Positions 18,467-26,810 of a DNA stretch of 64,000 nt are shown in pieces. The DNA is from Acidiferrobacterales bacterium (GTDB lineage: Bacteria > Pseudomonadota > Gammaproteobacteria > Acidiferrobacterales > SZUA-150). The translations under genes and the position numbers were made by a program. Within the stretch, counting starts at the first letter, position 1. The number at the start of each line of letters is the position of its first letter. A model generated the notes under the pieces. That model did no database searches and was not told the DNA's origin. It was given only the letters and a program-made list of their open reading frames with translations. The stretch covers positions 3,984 through 67,983 of the forward strand of contig CAMYII010000116.1 in assembly GCA_947258385.1 (NCBI GenBank). The letters are read 5' to 3'.

Positions 18467-20311
18467 ATGTTGACCCATCGAGCATCGACTGAAACTAATC
18501 CTTGTCGGTTTTTTTCCACCATTGCTTTTAAACTGTCTCTGTCGCACGAAGGCCGTTTAGTGACTAGCGTCGCCCTAGTGCGCAGCCTGATGTACCTTGT
18601 CGTTCTCGCCGCCATCACATTCGCGGTTAGTGCCAATGCGAATCAAGGTGCAACCGGTAATGATGATGATGACGATGATCAGGATAAAGAAATATCGCTG
18701 ACCCTGATCCAGATCGGTGACCTGCACGGTCATATGGTCCCGCGTCCGAATCTGCGAATCGACAGTGTAGATGGTGTCAAGGAAGGAGGGCTTGCCCGCA
18801 TCGCCGGCAAGATCAAACAGATTCGCGCAAGCGATCCGGATGCCTTGCTGTTCAACGTCGGCGACACCATCCAGGGCGGCGCCGAGGCGCTCCATACCAG
18901 TGGCCAGGCCATGGTCGATGTGGTGGACACCTTCGGCGTCGACGGCTTCGCGCCCGGCAACTGGGAATATCTCTACGGCGCGGAGCGCTTTGTCGAACTT
19001 TTTGGCAGCGGACGCTGGGGCTCGGTGGCGGCCAATCTTTATTACGAAGACACTGGCGAACGGGTGCTACCGCCGTATCTGATTAAGGAGGTCAAGGGTA
19101 TCAAGGTCGGTTACATGGGATTGACGACTGACCGTGGCCTGCCGGCGATTCCCAACGCTACCGAGGGTCTGGTCTTCACCGGCGACGCGGCGGAAATACC
19201 GGTGCTCATCGACAAGCTGCGCAACGAAGAGAGGGTCGATGTGGTGATCCTGTTGTCCGAGTTCGGGCTGGCCAAGAATGTCCTGCTGGCGGAACGCTAC
19301 CCGGGTATGGATGTGATCCTATCCTCCGACATGCACGAGATCACGCCGCGGGCGGTCGTCACCTCGACGGGCACCCTGGTCTCCGAGGTGGGACAGGACG
19401 GCACCCGCATGGGCAAAGTGGTGTTGCGCCTGGTCGACAAACAGATCGTGAAGCGCAAGTACAAATTCATAAACATAGACGCTACGATCGAATCGGACCC
19501 CGAGACCGCCAAGCTGGTACGCAAGATCCGCAAGGCCTTTGTTACAGGCTCTGGGTTCCAGTCGCATATCAATCCGATCAGCGGCGCCATCCTGAATACG
19601 CCCATTAATACCGTAGTAGGGATCGCGGAGGTCGGCCTGCATCGCTCCAACTTCACCGACCACCCGCTGCCCGGTGTGATCGAGGGCACCTCGCATGATT
19701 TTCTGACCGACGCCTTCCGCGATCAGGGCATGTCGGACTTCGCCTCCATCCGCGGCTTCCGTTACGGCACGCACGTGCGGCCCGGGCCAATCAGACTGGA
19801 GGATCTCTACCATTACCTGCCCACCGGCGCACAGATCGCCCGCGGCACCATCCCGGGTCTGCAATTGAAAACTGTCATGGAGAACACCATCAACGGCTCG
19901 CTCAACAAGGATCCGTTCAAGTGGGGCGGCGGCTGGGTGTTCGGCTTCAGCGGTATCACCTTCGATCTGGACCTGACCGCACCCAGAGGCTATCGCGCGC
20001 AGAACATCATGATCAAACGCCATGATACGGGTCTATGGGAACCGCTCGATGTGGAGGCCTTTTACACGGTAGCCGGCTTTTTCTTCGACGACGATCCCAA
20101 CCGTGTCGGCGCCTTTCGTAACGCCAAAGACATCACCGTGCTGAATGCGGAGGACGGTGGGCTCCTGGATGGGACCGAGGTGGTCGTCGATCACCTCGAG
20201 ACCCACACCGCGAATCCGCAGACGGGACGCATTCGTTTATTGCAGCCGTTACCGCCACCGGTCTACGGCAACCCCGAGATTCAACCGCTGTTGGGCGCCA
20301 CCGCGGACTGA
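18467..20311 (+). CDS. SoxB/5'-nucleotidase-like metallophosphoesterase, paralogue 1
   Basis: Metallophosphatase motifs IGDLHGH and VGDTIQGG, a variant GNWEY, and a 5'-nucleotidase-type C-domain. GGGAGG lies 7 nt before ATG 18467. The signal-like segment (LMYLVVLAAITFAVSANA) starts only at residue ~41, so the true start may be GTG 18578 or ATG 18590. Confidence 0.75.
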   Translation: MLTHRASTETNPCRFFSTIAFKLSLSHEGRLVTSVALVRSLMYLVVLAAITFAVSANANQGATGNDDDDDDQDKEISLTLIQIGDLHGHMVPRPNLRIDSVDGVKEGGLARIAGKIKQIRASDPDALLFNVGDTIQGGAEALHTSGQAMVDVVDTFGVDGFAPGNWEYLYGAERFVELFGSGRWGSVAANLYYEDTGERVLPPYLIKEVKGIKVGYMGLTTDRGLPAIPNATEGLVFTGDAAEIPVLIDKLRNEERVDVVILLSEFGLAKNVLLAERYPGMDVILSSDMHEITPRAVVTSTGTLVSEVGQDGTRMGKVVLRLVDKQIVKRKYKFINIDATIESDPETAKLVRKIRKAFVTGSGFQSHINPISGAILNTPINTVVGIAEVGLHRSNFTDHPLPGVIEGTSHDFLTDAFRDQGMSDFASIRGFRYGTHVRPGPIRLEDLYHYLPTGAQIARGTIPGLQLKTVMENTINGSLNKDPFKWGGGWVFGFSGITFDLDLTAPRGYRAQNIMIKRHDTGLWEPLDVEAFYTVAGFFFDDDPNRVGAFRNAKDITVLNAEDGGLLDGTEVVVDHLETHTANPQTGRIRLLQPLPPPVYGNPEIQPLLGATAD

Positions 20312-20451
20312 GACGGGCATCACGGGCGGCTCACGAGGCGGCACAAGCGACGCCGATCGTGAGCCGACCCGAGCCAGGGAGCTCATGCGACCAGGCAAGG
20401 TTGAGCTGATAACACGTCCGATAAAGCCGTATCAGCCAAGGAGGTTCAGAC

Positions 20452-22197
20452 ATGACGGTCATCCTACCCATCACAACGCGCCTCACTTCGCTCGTATTGG
20501 CCGCATTGGCCTGCTTTGCCATCCCCAGTGCCACGGCCACTGAAAGTAACGATACGACAACGTTAGTCATGATGCTGATTGGCGATACCCACGGCCACAT
20601 GCTGCCGCGGTCCAATCTGCGACGGGATTCTCTGGATGGCGTTAAGGAAGGGGGCTATGCCCGGTTGATGACCAAGGTCAAAGAGATTCGCCAACACGAT
20701 CCGGAGGCGCTGCTGTTCATGTCCGGCGATACGCTGCAGGGTGGGGTCGAGGCGCTTTACACAAAGGGTCAGAGCGCCATCGATGTGTTCGACACCTTCG
20801 GCATCAACGCCTTCGCCCCGGGCAACTGGGACTTTCTTTATGGGCGCGAGCGCTTTGTCGAAGTCTTCGGCGCTGACCGCTGGGGCATTGTCTGCGCGAA
20901 CCTGTACTACGAGGAAGGCTTCGAGAACCCCGAGACGCGACAGCGGGTAGTGCCCCCCTATCGCATACTGGACGTCAAAGGCATCAAGATCGGGGTCATC
21001 GGCATGACCGCCGAGCGCGGCATTCTGGCGGTACCCGGCGCCAATGATGGCTTCATTCTGACCAAGGCCCAGGACGAGTTGCCCGCCTTGATCGCCGAGC
21101 TGCGTCCCCAGGTCGATGTGCTGATGCTGCTCTCGGAGCTCGGACTGGCCAAGAACTCATTGCTCGCCGAGCGCTTTCCGGACTTCGATCTGGTGTTCTC
21201 TTCGGACATGCATGAAGAGGTACCGAACCCCATCATCATCGGCGATAAAGGCATCATCGTCACCGAGATGGGTCACGACGGGACCGGCATGATCAAAATC
21301 AGTCTTCGCCTTGACGACAAACAGATCGTGGACAAGCACTACAGCTGGCTCGACATTAATAATCTAATCATGCCGGATCCCGATGTCGTGCAGCTCATAA
21401 AACGCATCAGCGCGGAATTCGATAAAGGCGCCGCCTTCAAGACCCATATTAATCCGCTCAGCGGCTATGTACTGACAACCCCGGCCAATACCGTGGTCGG
21501 CCGTAACGCCACCCGCCTGTACCGCTACGATTTCACCGACGACCCGCGCCCCGGGGTCATCGAAGGGGCCTCGCATGACTTTCTGACTGATGCCTTCCGC
21601 GAGCGGGCGGCGGCAGACTTCGCCATGATCGTGGGTTTCCGTTACGGCACCCACTTGCGTCAGGGGCCGATCCGCTTGCGCGACCTGTACCACTATCTGC
21701 CGGCCGGCGCCCAGATCGCCAAGGGCACGGTCAGCGGTCAGCAGATCAAGAATGTGCTGGAAAACAACACCGACGGTGCGCTCAACAAGGACCCCTTCAA
21801 ATGGACCGGCGGCTGGCTGTTCGGCTACAGCGGCGTCCAGTTCGATGTGGACTTGACGGTCCCCAAAGGCAGCCGCGCGCAGAATGTGATGATCAAACAC
21901 CAGGCGAGCGGGATGTGGAAATCCCTGGAGCTTGGGGCGAGCTACACCGTGGCAGGGTTCTGGTTCCCGCTGCGCCCGAACCGCATCGGTGTCTTTCCCA
22001 TCGCCGATCCGTCCACCGTCATCCGCCTGACGCTCCCGGACGGCTCACCCAAGGATGCCACGGAGGTGGTCGTTGATTATCTCCAGACCACGACCGCCAA
22101 TCCGGACATGGGCCGCATCCGCTTACTGACACCGTTGCCGCCACCGGTATTCGGCAACCCCGAGGTCCAGCCCCTGCGGGGCGCCACGCTGGAGTGA
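20452..22197 (+). CDS. SoxB/5'-nucleotidase-like metallophosphoesterase, paralogue 2
   Basis: AAGGAGG SD and a Sec signal (..LAALACFAIPSATA). The motifs IGDTHGH, SGDTLQGG and GNWDF are collinear with paralogue 1 over the full length. Confidence 0.8.
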   Translation: MTVILPITTRLTSLVLAALACFAIPSATATESNDTTTLVMMLIGDTHGHMLPRSNLRRDSLDGVKEGGYARLMTKVKEIRQHDPEALLFMSGDTLQGGVEALYTKGQSAIDVFDTFGINAFAPGNWDFLYGRERFVEVFGADRWGIVCANLYYEEGFENPETRQRVVPPYRILDVKGIKIGVIGMTAERGILAVPGANDGFILTKAQDELPALIAELRPQVDVLMLLSELGLAKNSLLAERFPDFDLVFSSDMHEEVPNPIIIGDKGIIVTEMGHDGTGMIKISLRLDDKQIVDKHYSWLDINNLIMPDPDVVQLIKRISAEFDKGAAFKTHINPLSGYVLTTPANTVVGRNATRLYRYDFTDDPRPGVIEGASHDFLTDAFRERAAADFAMIVGFRYGTHLRQGPIRLRDLYHYLPAGAQIAKGTVSGQQIKNVLENNTDGALNKDPFKWTGGWLFGYSGVQFDVDLTVPKGSRAQNVMIKHQASGMWKSLELGASYTVAGFWFPLRPNRIGVFPIADPSTVIRLTLPDGSPKDATEVVVDYLQTTTANPDMGRIRLLTPLPPPVFGNPEVQPLRGATLE

Positions 22198-22269
22198 CAC
22201 GCGGCGACGCGCAATGTTTAAGCCGGCCCGCCTTAAGGCGGTAGACCCGTTTCCACGGAGGAGAGCACC

Positions 22270-25200
22270 ATGACACGTCTTAGCAGAGCCTTCATCACCG
22301 CACTCGGCCTCGTTGTCCTGCTCATGTCAACGCCGCCGCTGACCCTGGCCAACGTTAGCGAGCGCCCCACCTGCTCGCCTGAGCTGTTGCAGTCGCTGGA
22401 CATGTTCAACTGCATCGCGAGACAGGAGCTGCCGCCGATCGAGTTCGGGCCACCCGACACCTTTCTCGATCGCCGCGCGCGCGAGGCGTTTCCACAAAAC
22501 TGGACTCAGCTCGGATTCGATCAGCGCCACAACCCGGTGTTTCCCGTACCGGACACGGCCCCGCCATTCCTGCGCTTCGGCACCTTCTGGGCCGCAAACA
22601 TTACTGGACTGGACTTTCTACGCCTGGGCCGGGCCCTTGACACCATCGGTAACCCGGAGGCCTGGGGCTCCAAGACCGCCCAGTACCTGGGAAACGTCAT
22701 GGGGGTATCGGCCGCCCAGGGCATCGTCTATGTCCAGCTCGGCCGCCACGAGATCTGGGCCCTGGACGGCGCCAGCGGCAGAGCAATCTGGCAGGCCGAT
22801 CTCACAACATCGGCCGGTATGGGTGAGACCCTGGTCGAGGAGATCAACGGCCGGCTGATGGTGTTCGTGCCCGTCGGCGATGCCGCCTTCACCGTGCAGA
22901 ATGCCATCGACTTCGCCAACGGCCAAGCCCACGACCGCGGCGCCAATTTCTCAGGCGTGTATGCCTTTGACGGCGTCACCGGCGAGCGGCGCTGGCGCTT
23001 CGCCACCAAGGGCGCGTCACGCCCGACGCCCGTCTATCGCAACGGCAAGCTTTACCTGGCGACTGGCGGCGGTGAGTTCTTCGTGCTCAACGCAGAAGAC
23101 GGCAAACAACTGGGCAGCTTCACCAACCCCGGCGAGGGCTTTCCCGGCCTGGCCTCGCTGAACTGGTTCGAGACCGCGGACGACCGGATGTTTCTGATCT
23201 ACGGGACCATCCGCCCGCGGAGAATCCTGGCGGTCGATGCGACGGATCCGAGTGCACCGGTGTTGGGCTGGCAATACACGCCGGCCAACGCCACCGCCAA
23301 TGCCCCGGGTGATACCCCGGTCGCGGTCGACCCGGAGTTGGGCATGGTGTTCACCACCGTGTTCAGCAGTGTCTCAGGGCAATTTACAACCAATGTGCTG
23401 GCGCTGGACGCGACCACCGGCGAGGTACGCTGGAATGATTTCGCCGGCGGCATCGACAGCCCGCCCGGTTACAAGGGCAGCGTGCCCATGGTACACGCGG
23501 GTGGGCTATACGTGGGCAACACCAGCAACGGCAGGTATCGCGCCTATGACGCGCTCACCGGCACCTTGCGCTGGGAGGCCGATCTGAGCGAGGCGGACGA
23601 CCCGCCGGGGCTGATCCACCGGCCGCGGGCCGCCGCCGTATTCCACGACGGGAAGCTGATCGTCGCCGAGGGCCGCGATATCCACACCTTCGACCCCGAG
23701 ACCGGCATTGAGCTCAATCGCTTCGAGACGCCCGGCACCTTCGCCGTCTGGGGCATCAACCAGCCGGTCATCATCGGCCAGCTGATGATCCTGAGCTCCA
23801 TCTCCGGTTGGGTGTTCGCGGCACCGGTCGATGTCATCACCAACTTTCCCGGCTTCGAGGGCGGCACAGCGCTCCCGCTCCCGGGTGGGGATACGCCGCC
23901 ACCCCCGCAGCTACCCGAGTTTTTCAATCCGCTGGCCCTGCCCACTCGCTCGGAGGCCAAGCAGTTCCCGAGCACCTGGCTGGCCTACGCCGGCGGCCAG
24001 GACCATAACGGTGTGGCGAACCAGGGTCCGAGCGGCGTCGCCTGGCAGACCGCGCTCAATAGTGCCCTATCGCTGGACGCGCCGCCGCTGGACGAGTTCA
24101 TCTACGGCACAGAGATCGCCACCCACATGACCCACCTGGCGTTCGGGGTCGGCACCGGCGTGTCGCCGGCCAACGGTATTCTCTATGTCGGCAGCGACCG
24201 TTATACGATCAATGCCCTGAACGCGTTGACCGGGGAGCCGATCTGGCGCTTCCGCACCATTAACGCCAACTTCGGTCAGCCGCTGGTGACAGCGGATACG
24301 GTCATCGTCAGTGGCGGTGATCCCTGGATGAACCTCGGCAATACGGGAAGGTTCCGGTCCAACTCGCCGGCCACGGTCATCGGCGACAGCTTCCCCACGG
24401 TGCATGGGCTCGACCCCAAAACCGGGCTCGAGAAGTGGACTTTCTACAGCGACGGCGGCACCAGCGCCATGACCCCGCTGTATCATGACGGCAAGCTGTA
24501 CTGGGTCAACGGCGAGGCCAAGGTCTGGGCCATCAATGCCGAGACCGGCGAACCGGTGTCTCCCTTCATGGACCCGGACGGGCTGCCGGTCCTGTCGCTG
24601 GGCGGCTTCAACGCCATCTCCTCGGCCAACGTATACAACGAGCCGGGCGGACCCGATCTCATGGTCGTCGGCACCGCCATGCCCAATCGGATCTGGGCCA
24701 TCGATCTGGCCACGGCCGAGGTGGCCTGGAGCTACGACCTAGCGGGAGTGAATACGTATGTGACGGGATTTGCCACCGTGTCGCCGACGTTGGAGCAGAA
24801 TCGCGGGCTGGTGATCAGCACGGTGCTGACCGATGCGGATCCGTTGACGAACACCGTGACCGTGCTCGCGTTCGCGCTCGACGGCAAGACCGGCGCGCCG
24901 GTCTGGACCCAAGCCCTGGGCACGGGGTCTATCCCGACCGGCTTCACCGGTCCCGTGCCGCTGATCGCAAAGAGCAGCGTTTACCTGCACAACCCGCTGA
25001 CTCAAACCATGACCGCGCTAAATGCGCTAACCGGTGCCGTAAAATGGCAGATGCCGATCTCCACACCGGAGGGCAAGTTCAGTTGGGGTCCGGGCGTGGT
25101 CGTGGGCAACAAACTGATCGTGCCCGCCGGGCCCGATCTGTACACCTTCGACGCCAAGACCGGTGCCGTACTCGCCCAGCGGCGGATCGGTGGGTCGTTT

Positions 25201-25320
25201 ACCTATAACAACCCGACGGTGGCCGGCAAAACACTTTATATCGGCAATTCCTGGGGCTGGGTGTCAGCCATCCCGCTTGGCACGGAAACCAACGACGACG
25301 ACGACGAGAAAGACGATTGA
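22270..25320 (+). CDS. secreted 1016-aa protein of PQQ/BamB-type beta-propeller repeats (probable double propeller)
   Basis: GGAGGAG SD and the signal peptide MTRLSRAFITALGLVVLLMSTPPLTLA. At least 13 repeats of the type (A/N)xD..(T/S)Gxx.W occur (IWALDGASGRAIWQ, YAFDGVTGERRWRF, LALDATTGEVRWND, YDALTGTLRWEA, LNALTGEPIWRF, LDPKTGLEKWTF, FALDGKTGAPVWTQ, LNALTGAVKWQM ...). Confidence 0.75.
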   Translation: MTRLSRAFITALGLVVLLMSTPPLTLANVSERPTCSPELLQSLDMFNCIARQELPPIEFGPPDTFLDRRAREAFPQNWTQLGFDQRHNPVFPVPDTAPPFLRFGTFWAANITGLDFLRLGRALDTIGNPEAWGSKTAQYLGNVMGVSAAQGIVYVQLGRHEIWALDGASGRAIWQADLTTSAGMGETLVEEINGRLMVFVPVGDAAFTVQNAIDFANGQAHDRGANFSGVYAFDGVTGERRWRFATKGASRPTPVYRNGKLYLATGGGEFFVLNAEDGKQLGSFTNPGEGFPGLASLNWFETADDRMFLIYGTIRPRRILAVDATDPSAPVLGWQYTPANATANAPGDTPVAVDPELGMVFTTVFSSVSGQFTTNVLALDATTGEVRWNDFAGGIDSPPGYKGSVPMVHAGGLYVGNTSNGRYRAYDALTGTLRWEADLSEADDPPGLIHRPRAAAVFHDGKLIVAEGRDIHTFDPETGIELNRFETPGTFAVWGINQPVIIGQLMILSSISGWVFAAPVDVITNFPGFEGGTALPLPGGDTPPPPQLPEFFNPLALPTRSEAKQFPSTWLAYAGGQDHNGVANQGPSGVAWQTALNSALSLDAPPLDEFIYGTEIATHMTHLAFGVGTGVSPANGILYVGSDRYTINALNALTGEPIWRFRTINANFGQPLVTADTVIVSGGDPWMNLGNTGRFRSNSPATVIGDSFPTVHGLDPKTGLEKWTFYSDGGTSAMTPLYHDGKLYWVNGEAKVWAINAETGEPVSPFMDPDGLPVLSLGGFNAISSANVYNEPGGPDLMVVGTAMPNRIWAIDLATAEVAWSYDLAGVNTYVTGFATVSPTLEQNRGLVISTVLTDADPLTNTVTVLAFALDGKTGAPVWTQALGTGSIPTGFTGPVPLIAKSSVYLHNPLTQTMTALNALTGAVKWQMPISTPEGKFSWGPGVVVGNKLIVPAGPDLYTFDAKTGAVLAQRRIGGSFTYNNPTVAGKTLYIGNSWGWVSAIPLGTETNDDDDEKDD

Positions 25321-25345
25321 CCGCCACCTGTCCTCGACCTTAACG

Positions 25346-25370
25346 CCCCCCGGGGCTTAGCCCCGGGGGG
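25346..25370 (+). terminator. GC-rich hairpin after the propeller gene
   Basis: CCCCCCGGGGC-TTA-GCCCCGGGGGG forms an 11-bp stem and is followed by TT. Confidence 0.55.
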
Positions 25371-25497
25371 TTCGCCACACACTGATCACCCACCCCTGGT
25401 GGGGAAACCATCCACCCCTGGCTGGTTGTAAGCGCTCCCATCCATCGTTTATCATGGTTTTTTCGTCGGAAATGAGTTCCGTAGGAGATTCGGTCCT

Positions 25498-26091
25498 ATG
25501 TACAAGCGCCTTCCGTATACCACCTTGACCCCCGGTGCCGCGCTTTATAAGCCTGACCTGCCGTTGCCGGGCCATGTCACCATGGATGACCCGGCCACCT
25601 ATGTGATGACGGATTTGCACAACGCCACCGCCTTCACGATCCCGGGGACCGCCTCCATCGATGCAGCGAATGACAAAATGATCGCCTGCGGGGTGCGCTC
25701 GCTGTTCGTCACCGACAGCGACGGGCCCATTCTCGGGCTGATCACGGCCAGCGACATTCTCGGCGAGAAACCCGTGATGTTTCTCAAAGAGCATGGCGGC
25801 ACGCGCAACGGCATACAGGTCCAGGACATCATGACGCCGCGCGATACACTGGAGGCCTTGCGCATATCCGACATCGAGAAGGCCAGGGTCGGCGACATCG
25901 TCGAGTCCATGAAGATGTTCGGCCGCCAGCACGTCCTGGTGGTCGAAAGAAACCCGAAGGGTTCGGCGGAGTCGGTACGTGGGATTATTTCCACCACCCA
26001 GATCGGCAGGCAACTTGGGATCGAGATCAAGCCTTCCAACGAGGTCAATACCATCCTTTCGCTGATGAAATTCGAGGAACCTGCCGCATAA
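25498..26091 (+). CDS. CBS-pair domain protein
   Basis: Two CBS-like units (..VRSLFVTDSDGPILGLITASDIL.. and ..RQHVLVVERN..VRGIISTTQI..). Confidence 0.75.
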   Translation: MYKRLPYTTLTPGAALYKPDLPLPGHVTMDDPATYVMTDLHNATAFTIPGTASIDAANDKMIACGVRSLFVTDSDGPILGLITASDILGEKPVMFLKEHGGTRNGIQVQDIMTPRDTLEALRISDIEKARVGDIVESMKMFGRQHVLVVERNPKGSAESVRGIISTTQIGRQLGIEIKPSNEVNTILSLMKFEEPAA

Positions 26092-26376
26092 GGCACAGGC
26101 ATCGTTCTCTAGTCGTCACGGTATTTGATTTAATTCGGATCCAGACTCCTTCAGCGCTAGACCCCGGAGCGCCGGCCAACCCCACCGACCGCTGAACGGC
26201 ACCGCACTAACGGTGGCATCGCCTGCCCGGCGGGTGCCGCCAACGCTGCCCGCACATCAATATCCGCCGCCATCGGGCACAGGGCCGCCGACCACTATTG
26301 CCAGTCCACTCCCACGAGGTTTCCCGTCCCGGAAAACACCCACCATGACATTGCCAGAGCCGGCAAAGGCCGAGAA

Positions 26377-26392
26377 TGGCACGGGAATTGCT
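26377..26392 (+). promoter_or_regulatory. sigma-54 (RpoN) -24/-12 promoter
   Basis: TGGCAC-GGGAA-TTGCT matches the TGGCAC-N5-TTGCW consensus exactly. It lies about 130 bp upstream of the 62-aa ORF. Confidence 0.6.
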
Positions 26393-26521
26393 TGATATTG
26401 GACAGAGGCGCAGGGGACTGGGATGCAAGTGGTTTTCCCTGGCGAAACAGAGCCAACCAGCCCGCTGCATATGATCGAAACAGACAGACTTTGCGAGGCA
26501 ACGGACAGGAGGAGGTGGGTC

Positions 26522-26710
26522 ATGGTAATGCACAAGAAGCCCGACTTCAGCGTCCACTATTACCCGGACATGATCGTGATTTCAGGCTCGACGCGCGTTA
26601 TTCATATCGAGGCCTACAAGATCCTCCGGCGTTTCCAATGCAGCGCCAAACCCTACCAGGTGACCGAGGACGCGGACGATCACATCGTACTGACCCTCGC
26701 CAAGCACTAA
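26522..26710 (+). CDS. hypothetical 62-aa protein
   Basis: AGGAGGAGG lies 6-8 nt before ATG 26522 (MVMHKKPDFSVHYYPDMIVISG..). A strong terminator follows. Confidence 0.5.
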   Translation: MVMHKKPDFSVHYYPDMIVISGSTRVIHIEAYKILRRFQCSAKPYQVTEDADDHIVLTLAKH

Positions 26711-26752
26711 AGACTCCCGTCGCAAGGCAGATCAAAGCAAAAAAATGAGCCG

Positions 26753-26785
26753 AAAAAAAGGGCAGCCGTTGGCTGCCCTTTTTGC
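26753..26785. terminator. bidirectional rho-independent terminator
   Basis: A7-GGGCAGCC-GTT-GGCTGCCC-T5 lies between the convergent micro-ORF and fccB. Confidence 0.75.
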
Positions 26786-26810
26786 GCTCCCACGATACGG
26801 CGGGTTCCTT

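Noticed and set aside
18467-18589. A 41-residue N-terminal extension preceding the signal-like segment of hydrolase paralogue 1.
   Set aside because: I could not decide between ATG 18467 (good SD) and GTG 18578 or ATG 18590 (a normal signal peptide). I do not treat it as a distinct feature.
25357-26013. 218-aa minus-strand ORF overlapping the CBS gene.
   Set aside because: The plus-strand ORF has clear CBS-pair features. The minus-strand product has none, and it begins inside the terminator hairpin.
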